The notes beneath the pieces are model-generated. The model made no database searches. It saw only the letters and a program-made list of their open reading frames with translations, and was not told where the DNA came from. DNA of 62,791 nt, the filler included, from Phoronis australis (taxonomy: Eukaryota > Animalia > Phoronida): the NCBI GenBank assembly GCA_002633005.1. It is 7 parts of 7 records of this genome, joined end to end, with 100 filler letters (N's around TTAATTAATTAA, not from the genome) between each part and the next. Parts side by side here need not be neighbours in the genome. Positions count along the whole stretch, not along the records: positions 4,632 to 22,815 come from NMRA01001396.1; positions 22,916 to 28,802 come from NMRA01000437.1; 5 more parts are not named here. The stretch is one strand, 5' to 3'. Position 1 is the stretch's first letter. Every line of letters starts with the position of its first letter. Below, in pieces: positions 12,387-25,920 of the stretch. A program made the translations under genes and the position numbers.

Positions 12387-14216
12387 ACTTTGAGCTCTCT
12401 GTGTGTAAGTGTTTATGGCGGGCATTGCCGTGTTTTAGAATGACAGCAACTTCTACGATTTTTAGATGACGTGTCATTAATATGCAATTATGATTTTTAA
12501 TTAGCTGGCTAATTGTCGGTGTCGTTTCTCCGCGGAAGATAAACTGAAACGTTTTGAATGTCTATAAGTTCAATAGTTTGTGGAAACGATGTTGTGCTTA
12601 GGTCAAGCGTGTCTTGAAAGTTCCAATTAAAAGAAGTCAGTTCATCAATGTAATTTCTTGGTACGGAAGACTACCAAAATCATGAGCTTCACATCAGTAA
12701 CTTAACGTTAATTTGACCCATTTTGGACTCATTGATTTTGAAATTTTGAAGGACCCCCTGGAAAGACCCAACATTAAATTTGTCATGTTTTCAAAATGTT
12801 TTGTAGCCGAGATCCCAAGTTGGGGGTTCGTGTTGCTGTAATTTTTGCTAATATATTAAGTACCCAGCACTGTAGATATGAGTGTGTAGTTACAATATGT
12901 TGCAAACGATATCCATCATTGGAGTAATCATGTTTCTTTACTTGCTCTTCACCTAATGTATTGTAAATAGTTGGGTTTATTGTTGCAAACAAAAGCAGTT
13001 GTTTGTTGTAAACTTTCCAGCACAAGGGAACATATCAACTTGGCTCAACATTTCATGTGTTTATTGGTTGCAGTTGAAACTGCAATCCACATCCTATCAC
13101 AGACCTCCCTTTCAAGAAGTGGTCTTGGGACAACAATCTGATGGCCATGTCTGATTATCTGTGGCAAAATTTTGCGGAGACTTTGGTTGACGATATTATA
13201 TAATGAGATTTATGGCACTCTGACATAAATCCTATTATTTGGGCAAATACCATTATGGATCCCTTCATGCTTCATATCCAACTGCTGGTTAGTTCCTACC
13301 AAGTCCGACGGTTGCGCTGTTTGTTCTTTCTCTCCAGCTTCCTGTTGGCCCAGCCTCAAGCAACAGTACATTCACTCGTAAGTTTTCCTAATTAGACAAG
13401 TTTATAACTAATAGACTCCTTCCCGTTCGTCGTTAATTGTCCTGGACAAACGATACTTCCCTTATTTATTATTTGTAGCCACAGATGGCTTTTCTAACGG
13501 CCGATTTCTTTCGATTTTAATGATCCCTCAAACCCAAGCCAATTCCTCGCCATTTCACCACTTCCCTGGGTATAAGTGGGATGTCGGGTGACAATCGCCG
13601 TCTGCTTTGGGGATGAGACCCGGCGGCGAGGTATAAAGGTTATCGGTTCATTTCTTCATGGATTCATTTATTTTACTTCTATACATATCTTCGATGAAGC
13701 TTAGTTATGAGATTGGGGTGATTTTGCCGAAGAATTTCAACTCCACTTTTTTGGTTCCCGTTGACTTTTTCACCGCGCGCGCCATAACCGAAAGTATGTC
13801 CACTGAGTCACGCGCGTTAGGCAAAGGCTAGCGCGTGACAGAGGGAAGCGCGTGACGATAGTGCGTGACACTAGCTATTTTAAGCCTTGAACAAGGAGTG
13901 AAGCACAGTTGGGGTCTGGATACCCATGTAGAACGAGCTTGAATGCCAGCGGTTTGACAAGTGTGTGACCTCGGCTCCAGACGTACTTATGGTTTGGGTA
14001 CATGGCGGATACTGGAATTACATAACACTGGAGTTGGTACTATTCCAACAGGACTGGAGGTATTATGGGTGTAAACAGATGGGATTTACAATGGTTAAGA
14101 CCTAGATGGGAATCTATCCCATATCGCCCTGAAGCCTGGTGCGGTAAAGCTCAAAAGTGCCGCGTCTAACACATGGAAGTGTCCTCATATAGCGCGCAAC
14201 CACTTTGGTGGGTAAA

Positions 14217-14372
14217 ATAATAGTAATGAAATTTAGGTACTAAGTAAAACAAAACAATAATAAAAAGTAATAATAAAAAAACAAAAAGTAATAATAAAAA
14301 ATAATAACAAAAATAATAATAAAAAAGTCAAAAATAATTATAATAATAATAAATAATAATAATAAAAAAAAA
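14217..14372. repeat. A-rich / (AAT)n low-complexity tract
   Basis: Runs of AATAAT and AAAAA. Confidence 0.85.
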
Positions 14373-17300
14373 CCCTTTGGATGTCACTGTTGACATTTTA
14401 TTCGACTTTCCATGAAAAATACGGAGATACTGTACCCACCCTTGGAAATGTTGTTTGTTAGGCCTTTTCAAGTACTTCGTCACCGGCCCTAACCCTACCA
14501 TGTTTATCTACGCTTTTGATCGGCATACTTCCTTCTGAACAACACTTAAAAAAGATGTATACTTTACAGACGCACAAAAAAAATCAATAAAAAAAAAAAA
14601 TTAAAAAACCATGTAATACAACTAATAAACAAACTAAAACGTACACTATTCCAACCGCGCTTAAGTTACGGTAATGCGTCAACTTTTCTTTTCGTCTAGC
14701 ATCGTGGTCGGGTATTTCCCACCAAGACGATTTTCGAATAGTCGGCTACTGTAGTGGCAGATAGGCGGACGTTACGATCGATGAGATCACGTCTCACATG
14801 CCTGCTAAGTTGTCCACTGCCCAGGCGCGTATAGCTTAGTCGTACGAAATCTGCGCTCGAGTGCCTCCAGAGCGAGGGCATGACCGGCTCTAGCTGTTTC
14901 TTTTAATTTTACGATTTTCGTATATACTAGTTCATTTCGGTGTAATTAGGTCTAAGCCAGTCACTCTAACAGTTGTCCTTATCCGCGGAAGTAGGGTCGT
15001 TTTCATCTGCAACCCAGGATCCACTACACCCGGGCTATTAGTAGGCCTAAACAGTATCCATGTCACTGCGCCCAGTTTTTGAAAACGCGTCACTCACACT
15101 AGTGGGTTACATCTGCCCGTTAGGCGTATAAATCATATCAGATTACCGGTAATGTCTGACATATTTTAACACAAGATTTTTAATTTACGATTTCAAAATC
15201 TTGTAACCTTTCATTTTGTTAACCTATATTGCACGCAACTGTGCCTAACCTACTTCCTAAAATTTTGTCACCAAAGCACACTGGGATCACACTAGCCCAA
15301 ATTCAGTTGCAGCNGTTGACGATATTATATAATTCACGGTGGTTTTAATGATAACTCTGCACAGTCTGGTTGTGTTGTTGTGGTATTTAGTGGTGTGTAC
15401 TGAAGTGGTTTGATTGGTCATAGTATTGCCTGCGTCACCACTCTGGAGTTTGGGTTTTCTGACTGAATGTAATCTGTTTTTATTTTATACATTTTTATCC
15501 CTTATGCAACACTTGTAATGCACATCCGACTTGTTTATTTTGGACTTACTATGAGCCTATGTTATCACTTACTTATGAGGATTTTCTTGTGTATGTAAAA
15601 GGGCTAGTGAGTGGTTCAGTGATTTTTAATAAACTTCTCGAAGATCCTGTTGGGATGTCTGTCCGTATGTTTCTTATTGTGATGTATTCCACCCTCTTGC
15701 CTCTATGAAGCCTTCACAAATATGATTATCGGGCTTTTGCATCATTTTTGTAGTTTTTATCAGGTCCTCTTGGAAAGTTTATTTTCTTAGAGAAGCTTGT
15801 ACAAAATGATTTTAGAAATATAGTTGTAATCACCTTTTACATAGAGATTATTTATGTGAAATTCTCCATTCTGGATGAAAGTTACCAGAGTATCAATTTA
15901 TGTTTTTGAAGATTATTGTTAAGTTATTTCCTGTTTATTTCACTGTGACAGACTTCCATGGCAACGGTTGTTAACAGTCTTAACAGCCATTTGCATTTAT
16001 TTTCCATTTATTGACATTTCATTGATTCTAGGATTTGTGGTATGTTTTCAATTTTCAGTGGTAATTTTATGTTTTTAAACACAGTTATCAAGAATGGTGT
16101 GAAGCAAAGCAACCACAAATTAGTTAAAAGCTGCAGAAACATTTGTTGTATAGATTCTGATCTCACAGTCGAATGTGTTGTCATTAAAAATTGTGTTGTA
16201 GGGCATTGGAATATGAATGGAGAGTCTTGTAAGTTTTATGCGTTGGATATCAGAAATTGGTTGAAAAGAAATTGTCTTATGGTTTTGAAATAAATAAGTT
16301 AGTCATAGGTCTCCGCGTTATCTACCATGTTTTAACATTTAAAAATCTTCGATGTGGTGGACGAAACCCTCCACTGGTGCATTTTTTCCTGCTCGGAGGT
16401 GAATGTTATCTATCATGAGTCAGTCACTCTCCATTTTGAAAGTCATTCGTGTGACTGAAGTCTGCTCTTGCGCAGATAACGTTTATTTCCGAAAGGAAGG
16501 CACTGAAAATACTAGAGTTGTTTGGTATGCATCTATGGGTATTTTCCTTGCCTAAATATCTGTTGGGGGTCTTTCATGTCTGCGCATGTGCGAACTTCAC
16601 TCAGAGCATCGAAGGGATTTCGTCTACAGACTGGGTATAAATCATGACTATCCGACTAGCACGTCTCAAAAGACGTACGCGACGTCATTCCAAATCTGTG
16701 CTCTTCAAGCTGTACTGTTAACTCAACCGTAAGCCCGTTTCCACGTAGATACCCTAGCCTTGTTCCTGCCTGTAAAGCGCGCAGTCGATTTCGTGCAAGC
16801 CGAAAATGCAATCAATCACATGTTCTTGTCTGTATTGACTTCCTTGTTTGGCATGTCACGAGTTGACCAGTGTGATAGTTGTGTCGTCACTTGCACATTT
16901 AAAAAAGCTGTAGAGAATACATCAAACCGTTTGTTTGTTACTATTCTATACTGAATGAAATTTCATCCCATAGGCCTACGCGTTGAATCTGTTGAGGGAA
17001 ATACGGCAATGTAATAAATTTTTCCGTATTCACCTCCGCACTTCCTCAACAGTGACCTCTGACTTGGAAAATTCCAAAGGTAGCTCAATGTCGACTCGAC
17101 GTCGTTAGCCGGTTCGATTACCAAACGTTCGAAAAACAGTTTAAGTAATACAATTGTAGCAGTGTAAGTAACACACAACATGCAATAAGGTTTCAATCAT
17201 AACATCTGGAGCAGGATAGTTCTGTCTCAGTTTTCATTTGCTAAATATTTTATCGTCTGCAACTCTGGCGCCGATTCCTCGGTAACTACAATATCAAATG

Positions 17301-17553
17301 TTGTTATTAAACTATTTTCAGGAGATGCTACAAGTTCAATGGAAAAATGCCATTTTTTCATCTTTGTTTTCTCTTATCAAGTAATATATCGTCACATTTA
17401 AGACTTTCTTTTCCTAGAGAAAACTTGCAGCCTGACGCGCAAGTGCATAGGCTACATGTAGGATGTGATCCGCCACGTGAACAGTCTTAGTGAAGTATTA
17501 AAAAAATCTGAAAAAAGGAAGAAACTTATGAATGAGAAGCGTATGGGATAAAT

Positions 17554-17682
17554 ACAAAACGTACCTCGATTGGCGTACATCAAGTAAAATCCTACGAGGC
17601 CGAAATAATGTACGAGACATTATACGCGGAATGATGTCTCGTGGGATATTATTTTATGTACGCCACTCTCGGTACGTTTTGT
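17554..17682. repeat. Imperfect palindrome (small MITE-like)
   Basis: ACAAAACGTACC..TGGCGTACAT pairs with ATGTACGCCA..GGTACGTTTTGT; inner CGAGACATTA / TGATGTCTCG. Confidence 0.65.
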
Positions 17683-17981
17683 GTATATATTTTACTTCGT
17701 AATCCAACACTAGACTAGATGCGGTAACATCTTCACGTGTAACCATGCAGATACAGCATTTTCAGGCGAAAAAGCATGTCATTATTTTGTAACGTTGGCA
17801 TCAAAAGCTAAGCAAAGCGACCATTTCTACTTTTGCTCACTTCTACTTCCCTTTTTCGCACATTCTCCCTTTGTGGGAAGTTGATTTCTACATATTTGTC
17901 AGTTTCAGGAGAGACTCCATGGACGAAACGGTCTCGCCGCCCGATTGCTGAGCATCCTAGAAGCCGTATAATAACGGCGAT

Positions 17982-18061
17982 GGTCAGATATAACGTGCCC
18001 TAAATTTGAACCAGTTTTCTACACTGAATAACTAGTATGAACTGGGCACGTTATATCCGAC
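17982..18061. repeat. Short inverted-repeat element (MITE remnant)
   Basis: GTCAGATATAACGTGCCC pairs with GGGCACGTTATATCCGAC. Confidence 0.6.
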
Positions 18062-19803
18062 GACCGTACCTCACAAAAATTCTTCATCTGATTAGTGATC
18101 GCGATATCGGTGTCGAATATCTATAGGACAGAAATCTGTGGAAAACAGTTGCATGTGACCTTGATGAGAATAACTAAGTATCTTTGCTAGAGTTGGGGCT
18201 TTTGGTTCGGTTTCAGTTTTTCCTATCGGTTTTGTTTTTTGAATCCATTCCGTATCCTGTTTTCTTCTAAAAGAAGTAAGGGAAACACAAGACTTGTTCG
18301 GAAAAGTTTCCAATTCAACGACTTTGGTAACTGGCTGTAAAACAATCTTCTGTTCCATTTAAACACCGGACCAGAAACTGAAAACACAGTTTTCGATTGG
18401 TCGGTAACCGTTTCAGCCTGGAGAACAACTGTCCTCAATGCCACCAGGCGATAATGACGGCGAAAAGAGAGGGTTGCAGGATTGACCCCTTCATTTTTTC
18501 TGTCCTGTAGACGACCACCCCCCCCCCCCACCGCCACCACTTTTTCAAAACAAAATTTCAAAATATCTTGGTTTAACCAATTATTGTATATGTAAGGAAT
18601 TGCGTTGAAATTGTTTTTGCAAACGCAAGAAGATAATACTTTGTAGTCACAGAAAGGAGTTTATTGAAAAATTCTGACATGGAAAAACAAGTGTATGACA
18701 ACTGCATGGTGTTAAGTACTTTCGCTTAGGAGGTTGAGGTGATGCTGGTGACCGCAATGTGTCTTTGTTGAAAGTTGTCAAATAACTTCAAACGCAATGA
18801 ATACAAAAATCTCGACCGTTAAAGGCAAAAACATTATTTTCGAATGAACTGAGTATTTAGTGGGAAAACTGATAAATTCACTAAAGTATCTTGGGTCTCT
18901 GTTGATGAAAAGCATAGACGAAACGCTTGGTTTTTTCTTTAACTTGCGTATAGAATGTGAAAAAGAGACTAAATTGCATTATTCGAAGTGCGGGCTCTCT
19001 ACCACTGAAACGGAAGTCAAACTGCTCACCAGGTATTTTTAGTGTTTGTTCAGTGCAATGTAGCACTTGTTTCATGGGCTTTCCCAAAAAGATTAAATCT
19101 ACCTCTTTATCTCTATGAGAATCAACAAGTGTTATATCAAGTGCCCAAACAGCGTATCCCTAACTTTTACACGATTTATTAACGAAATGCTATGACCAGC
19201 TCCTTTAAAGCGGCAAAGAACGTGAAAAATAGACTAACTTGTATCATTTAAAGTAGTTGTTCTCTGCCGCTGAAACAAAAGTTAGACTGTTCACCAGATA
19301 TTTTTCGTAAAGATTATGAACTTCCGTTGATTTCAAAACATTTTCCTTTCGTTTCAGACTTCAAAAAACGACCTACTCGTCACTTAGTCGATTTTCTCTC
19401 ACACGGCAAACACGTCTCCTTATTTGGTATGGAAAGACATAGACGTAACACATTTCCCTTATATGAAAAATGTGAGCGCTGATCTTTGATGTAAACAAAA
19501 CAATACCGATTTCAAGCATGCTCATTCGATACAAAGTTCTTACATTTCCGAATGAGCTGGATTTCAAGCAGCAATCAATCCGACTTCCTTGAGTGCATGC
19601 GTGGATGTATATTATTAAGGGACTGAGGATTTGAAAACTGAGAGCTGCAGAGTTCTATGCTTAAGGTATACAAACTCTTACAAAATCTACAAGTCATGGC
19701 AACAAGACTTGGTAAACAAATGTACGGCAGATTGTCACCCACCTTTACAGTTCAACATATCCTATAACGTTTATATTTATCGATATCTATAGTAGTTTAG
19801 TTT

Positions 19804-20780
19804 CATAGGCGGATTTAGGGGGGCCCAGGCCCCCCCCCCCCTTGGCTGCCGCAAAAAAAATAAAACAGCAAGGGAAATGTTGAGTTTATTAATTTGCCCC
19901 GGTAATTAAAATTATACGGATGAAAAAAGATTTATTTGTGTGCAGTTTTAGTGTTTGGGGGGGGGGGCTCAGATCCAATTTCAAGTGTCGAATTCGGAAC
20001 AGGGCGCATTCGTAACGGAACTATGGCTAAGTGTAGGCTCTCCCGCGATATCCCAGGCAACCAGCAGTGGCGCTGCGCACTACGACTCCGTTTCCGTCGT
20101 CTGCTCCACTTTGCAATGAAGAAAATTTACTTCATTTTTTAAAGAAAATGGAACCTGAGTGACGATGAAATAACAAAAGCTGCTGGTAAGATGTGAATTT
20201 TAATCGAAGCCTTAGTGAATCACTCAGAAACTCTTAATTCTCTTTTTGTCAAACCTTAATTTAAGACGATTTCCAACGCAATCCCGTCATTATTGCCAAC
20301 ACGAAAAACGGATTTGGTCTTTTTGGGCATTTGAAGACTATTTTAAATACAACAAATTTGTTAAGAACCGATTGCACAAAATACAAAACGTGTAATAAGT
20401 ATTACAAAAAGAAGTAGGTTTCGCGCGCAAACGCTGTGGACCATAAACAAGTAGGTCTCTTAGTTTAAGTTTATCAGTGAAATCGTGGTGGTGTAGTGGT
20501 AAAGTACGCGCGTGCTATCAGCCAGGTCGTGAGTTCGAGTATGTGGAACTCGCAGTTTTTCCTGTGTGACAAGTTCTCTGTGTTTCTTTTTTTTTGCCTT
20601 TTTTTCTTGGATAATACATCAGAAATCAAGGAAAATGCTTGATTTTTAGAGGAAAAAACAGAAAAATTTCCCGACCATCCCCCATTCGGTGCTATGAGCA
20701 TCTACAATCGTGGTTTGCGCAAATGCTTATAGCCGGATATAATGTTGGGCCCCCCTTGTGATATCCTAGATCCGCCACTG
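19804..20780 (-). mobile_element. Family A copy 2 (hAT5-like non-autonomous element)
   Basis: Reverse complement of 6093-6983; CATAGGCGGAT...ATCCGCCACTG; exact AGTTT duplication on both flanks. Confidence 0.9.
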
Positions 20781-22447
20781 AGTTTGTCATAATATATGTG
20801 ACCTTTTATCTCACCCACACGTGTTGTATCACTGTAAACTAGCTTCGGTATCGCTTCGCAGTTAGCGCATATAAAAAGCATATGTCGCTGTTTAAGATAT
20901 TTCGACAACAAAGACGCCATCTATCGGCCTAGTTTCTGCTGTTTCTATCCAGAGGTTAAAGTTGAAAAGCTTGACCGCTTCTACTTGCCTTCAATGTTCA
21001 CAATCTGACGAAGAACATACTTGCTGCAATGGGTGCGACTTTTTGGAACTAATCTTGGGGTAGGACACCGGAGGTCATGACGGTGGCGTACCAGCAGCTC
21101 GAGTCAATATGTCACTGAGTTGCACTCAGTTTTTGCATCTAGGATGAGCATTTTGACTTTGTGGCGTCGCCTTGGGAAAATATCTTTGATGTATTCAAAT
21201 GTCTTCTCGGTTATTTTTCGTCGCTTGGTATTGCTTCGAGTGACCTGGGCTTTTAATGTTCAGGGTAGGCCTACTCAATAGCTAGTGTAAAGAAATCAGA
21301 GAATTCCTGAGGTTGAACTAGGCTAATCCTCTGCACGGCCTCAGTCGGTGACGTCGGACACAAACATCAATGAGAAGATGTCTTTAATCTCTGGCAAAAT
21401 GACATAATGCATAAATAAAATAAATCGTTGTCTACTATTAAGTTTTATATTTTTCCACTTCACCGTTATTTATACACTTACGTTTTGTATCCTCATAAAA
21501 TAGTAGTGTACCTGAGTTGTAAAGCAATTGAGTCACTGGTATGTAAATTTTGGAATAAACCACAAGCGTAAAATGAAATGAATCCTATCGTCACTTCTAA
21601 AACCTCCAAGTGGTAGGTAACCTAACACATCATACCGGGTAATCATAATTCCAAATTCCGCCACTAGTATGTGCGACACAATGCAGCATTAGAAGCTAAG
21701 TCAATGAGTCCAGAAAAAATCGATTAAAGCAGTGTATTTTTTCATTGCATGCGTTAAATTTCATATCTGTAAGTCTACTACTAAAGATTGATATGAATCA
21801 AAATACTCAGGCAACCCTCGTGGACATATTCATTAATCTCAACACGATCACTAATAATCCGACAACTCTACCAACATGCATTAAACATTTGTTGACTATG
21901 ATCGTGGATGCCTTTTATCATCAAGTTCAGCATCTGAATTTCAGCATTTAAATCTGGTTCGAAAATCACAACCCCTGTTTTGTACACGTACAATCACAAT
22001 CCTGCGTATTCAGATGCCGCATTTCACAGCAGCGGGGTGTTCACACCGGCAAAACTTCGTGCTGAATAGCAGACCTGCCGGGCAGGCTTGAGTGAAGGCA
22101 GTCCGTGTGGCCACGGAATGTTGGAATGTTGAGCAGCCGCTGTTCGGGAAGTAGTGGTTTGGATTGCCATTTATCGTCTTGTTACAGTACAGAGGGTCTA
22201 CAGAAGACGTCAGACATTCGTGATTATTCCCCCTCTCTGTTTTTAATTAAAGCGGCTACGAACACGCATTGCGTCACAAAAAACAACTTGATTTAGACCT
22301 CTTAGTGTTACGAAATTAGTCTCAAATTTAATGGTAAAAAGACGTGATTTGTGGTCTGAAGAGAACTGTTCGTTCTTGGTTCAGACGGGCCGCTCTAAGT
22401 TTACTTGTCATTGTGTTCACCGAGCGTGTTCCCGAGCATTAACAAAC

Positions 22448-22611
22448 CAGTGCTGTAGTCGGTGGTAAACCTAGAGGTAAGTAGGCGTCCAAAGCCCACC
22501 GTATCACCTTGAGCACTGAACGTAACTTACGATGCGTAGGCGCTACGTTCAACAGCCATTTGAAAGGTGGTTGGCTGCGCCTACGTGCGCTTACGCCCCA
22601 CTACAGCACTG
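22448..22611. mobile_element. hAT-type MITE with 8-bp TSD
   Basis: TIR CAGTGCTGTAGT / ACTACAGCACTG; TAACAAAC duplicated at 22440-22447 and 22612-22619. Confidence 0.88.
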
Positions 22612-22815
22612 TAACAAACATGCAACGTCTTGCAAGTGAGACCAAAAATTACACCAAATCAGAGTAAGGACAAATCATTTATCATTTACACAACTATTTT
22701 TGGAGAACTAAAACATTTTTCCTCACTCACACTATTCAGCTCAAGCAATCGATACCTTCATTCCCGAAGGATATCTAGCACTCAACGAAATTCCGTATCC
22801 AGAAAACGTCTTACT

Positions 22816-22915
22816 NNNNNNNNNNNNNNNNNNNNNNNNNNNNNNNNNNNNNNNNNNNNTTAATTAATTAANNNNNNNNNNNNNNNNNNNNNNNNNNNNN
22901 NNNNNNNNNNNNNNN
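22816..22915. other. Artificial contig linker
   Basis: N44-TTAATTAATTAA-N44. Confidence 0.98.
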
Positions 22916-23898
22916 CGCAAAAAAAAAACATAACTGCCACTAGGAGGCGCCACAGTAATCCAAATCGTCTGAAAATCATTGTCAGCTGTCTTCTTTATAG
23001 TAAGCACATACATGCCAATTTTCACAACCATCCTTTGAGCGGTTTGGTTGATAGAAGGGTGGACGCAAAAATACAGACTCAAAAACACTAAAAATGGCCA
23101 CTAGGTGGCGCAAACTATGTCGAATCCATCTGAAAACGGGAGGATAATGTCATCTCACTAATAGATGCTTACATACCAAATTTCATGAAAATCCGTTTAG
23201 GACTTTTGAAGATACAAAGGTAAGCGTAAAAAACTAAAATTGCCACTAGGGGGCACACCGGTAGTCGGATCCGTCCAAAAGTCGTCATGTTCTGTTGTTA
23301 ACATCATATAAATATACCTACACAATTTCGTAAAGATCCTGCGAACCGTTTGAGAGATACAGCGATAGGCGAAAAAAACAAAACTGCCACCAGGAAGCAC
23401 CACAGTAGTTGAAATCGTCGGAAAATCGTCAACCGTCCTCTACATAGTAAGCATATACGTGCCAATTTTCACAATCATCCTTTGAGCGGTTTGGTTGATA
23501 GGGGGGTAGACGCACAAAAACACACTCGAAAACACTAAAAATGGCCACTAGGAAGCGCAAACAATGTCAAATCCATCTGAAAACGGGAGGATAGCGTCAT
23601 CTCACTAATTAGTGCCCACATACCAAATTTCATGAAAATCCGTTCAGGACTTTTGAAGATACAAAGGTAAGCGTAAAAAACTAAAATTGCCACTAGGGGG
23701 CACACCGGTAGTCAAATCCGTCCGAAAGTTCGCACATGCCATCCCATTCATGAACGAAACATATGTGCCAAATTTCATGAACATATGTCAAAGGGTTTTG
23801 GAGATAGAGCGACGGACGCCACCCGTACGGACGGATAGACGGACGGAGATGACGGCATAATGCGTCCACATATAAAAATATGTGGGCGCATAACAAAA
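22916..23898 (+). mobile_element. Non-autonomous Helentron/HINE (DINE-1-like) end with internal tandem array
   Basis: About 150-bp monomers in a roughly 447-bp higher-order unit, then a (GACG)n-type microsatellite (about 23810-23850), a hairpin ATGCGTCCACATAT-AAAA-ATATGTGGGCGCAT and an A-rich end. Confidence 0.7.
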
Positions 23899-25799
23899 AT
23901 TACACAGATAGTAATTAGCTCCCCTGACTTAACTTTCTCAGACAAAATGTTTTGTAGAGCAAGTCACACGCACTTCCTATTTTCCAAGCAACATGTCTAA
24001 GACAAAAGTCAATGACATGATCAGACTGATTGACGGTGGCTGAGATTAGAACTGGAGTACCTGACTTATAAGTCAAGTGCCCTACCAATAACTGGAGTGC
24101 CCAACCTACATCTCAATCCAGCGCTTGGCTTATTAGTTGAGAATATTTCAGTTTAAGCATTCAAAGAACACAGTGGGTTCACAGTGTTATCGTATACAGC
24201 ATGTCCCAAAAATGAGCTAACTTCAAATGATAATGACGGTGGGGGAACTGAGTAGAAACTACCAGCGTAATGTATTGAAAAGAGAGTACATTTTTGGACA
24301 CCTTGTAAATTGGGAATGCTAACTGGTGGTTCTACCAAAACAATGAACCAAAACAATGGCGGTGAAGCCGAGGCTTGAAGACACCTTAATTGCTAAACAA
24401 CAGCAATGCAAAAATTCACCAAATCTTTTAGAATATGTAGAAGATTCTTTAAGTTCGTTTTCCCAACAAACTCGAGGCCATTGCACAAAACGTGGAATAT
24501 AGTCCCGCACCAGGTAAAAATTCCTACATTTTCTGGAAAAAGTATAAAAAATAATAGTAGTGTACTGAAGTCATTGTGTTCTTAACACTTGATAAGTTGT
24601 TTTTTTTAAGTCACAAGTGTATGAAGTGCACCTCTGAAGCTTATATTGATATGTTTAGCCTCATCAGGGTCATTACGTGTTGTGAGACCATGTTCGTCCA
24701 TACGCAAAAGCCATGAATCGTACACATTCTTGTCACACGGATATAGTGATATCCATACAGTTGGGCGCTCAAGATAGGAAAAATGTTTCATGTCCTTTCC
24801 CGGCCACCGTAAAGTGGTAAGAATAGAACACAACGATAAATTACTTACCGTAATCGTTCGGGTTAACGCCCTGGGCGGTTAAATCGAAAATCCACCTAAA
24901 GTAGGGGATGGGCAGTTAACCGAACATGGGTGCTTATTATGACAGACAACCACCCTGGGCGGTTAATCTTACCTGGCGATCTAAATCCCGGCCCTACAAT
25001 CATACTCGGAACGCGTAGCCCATTTCAAAGAGCTTTATCGTCACGTCGCCAAATGACTGTGAAAACGTCATAACAGCGGATGATCCCAACAAAGGTTCTT
25101 TTGCCCTCTGATTAGTCATTCACTATTAAATTTACAAAATTGCTGAGTAATAGCGCCGTGCCGTCCTGCGGTGCGCAGACGACCAGTCACCATGCAGCCT
25201 CCACTAGAATTAAAACTGTTTCAAGATGTGACCCTGCTTAAGTGCGCGCATGCAAGCGTCACGTGTTGCAGAGGTCAGACATCAAATTTATGGTTACAGT
25301 CTCGTACTATATGTAGCTGTCAAGTTCTGAGTCAGAGAGCAGTTTTAAAATTGGTTGTAATAAAAGTTTGAAAAACTTAACTCTGCTGTTTTTTTGTGTT
25401 TGGGATGTTATAGTCGACACTCCGTGACTCAATGACATTTTCAGCCAATGGTTCTGCGGCTAGCTGTCTTATCTCGACAGCCCTGCTCTCTTGTCGTTGT
25501 GCCAAAAATGCTATGCAAAGAAGTAAGACAAGGATCGGGGGTGGTCGAGCCAGTCGTCGATCAAGAATAAAATTTCAAGCAACTGCATAAATATGTTACA
25601 AAATGTCAGAAAACAGCAATGCTTCAATTCATTACTCTAAACGATTACCTTGCCAAACTTCGTGGTGGAAAACATTTATTTTTCATGCAAGATGTCCAGA
25701 TTATCCTATTTATATCACTTGTAATATCGCACTGCAGCACTGTTCAGTCTCGCGGTTATCGTGCAATGTCTCAGTCGGCTGACAATCGTGACTTGGAAA

Positions 25800-25920
25800 T
25801 GCCGTCAAGTAATATAACGGCCTCTTTCAATATGCATCTCGTTTTTTATGGCCAAAGATTTGCCGTCAAGTAATATAACGGCCTCTTTCAATATGCATCT
25901 CGTTTTTTATCGCCAAAGAT
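25800..25920. repeat. About 61-bp tandem duplication
   Basis: TGCCGTCAAGTAATATAACGGCCTCTTTCAATATGCATCTCGTTTTTTAT(G/C)GCCAAAGAT occurs twice. Confidence 0.9.
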
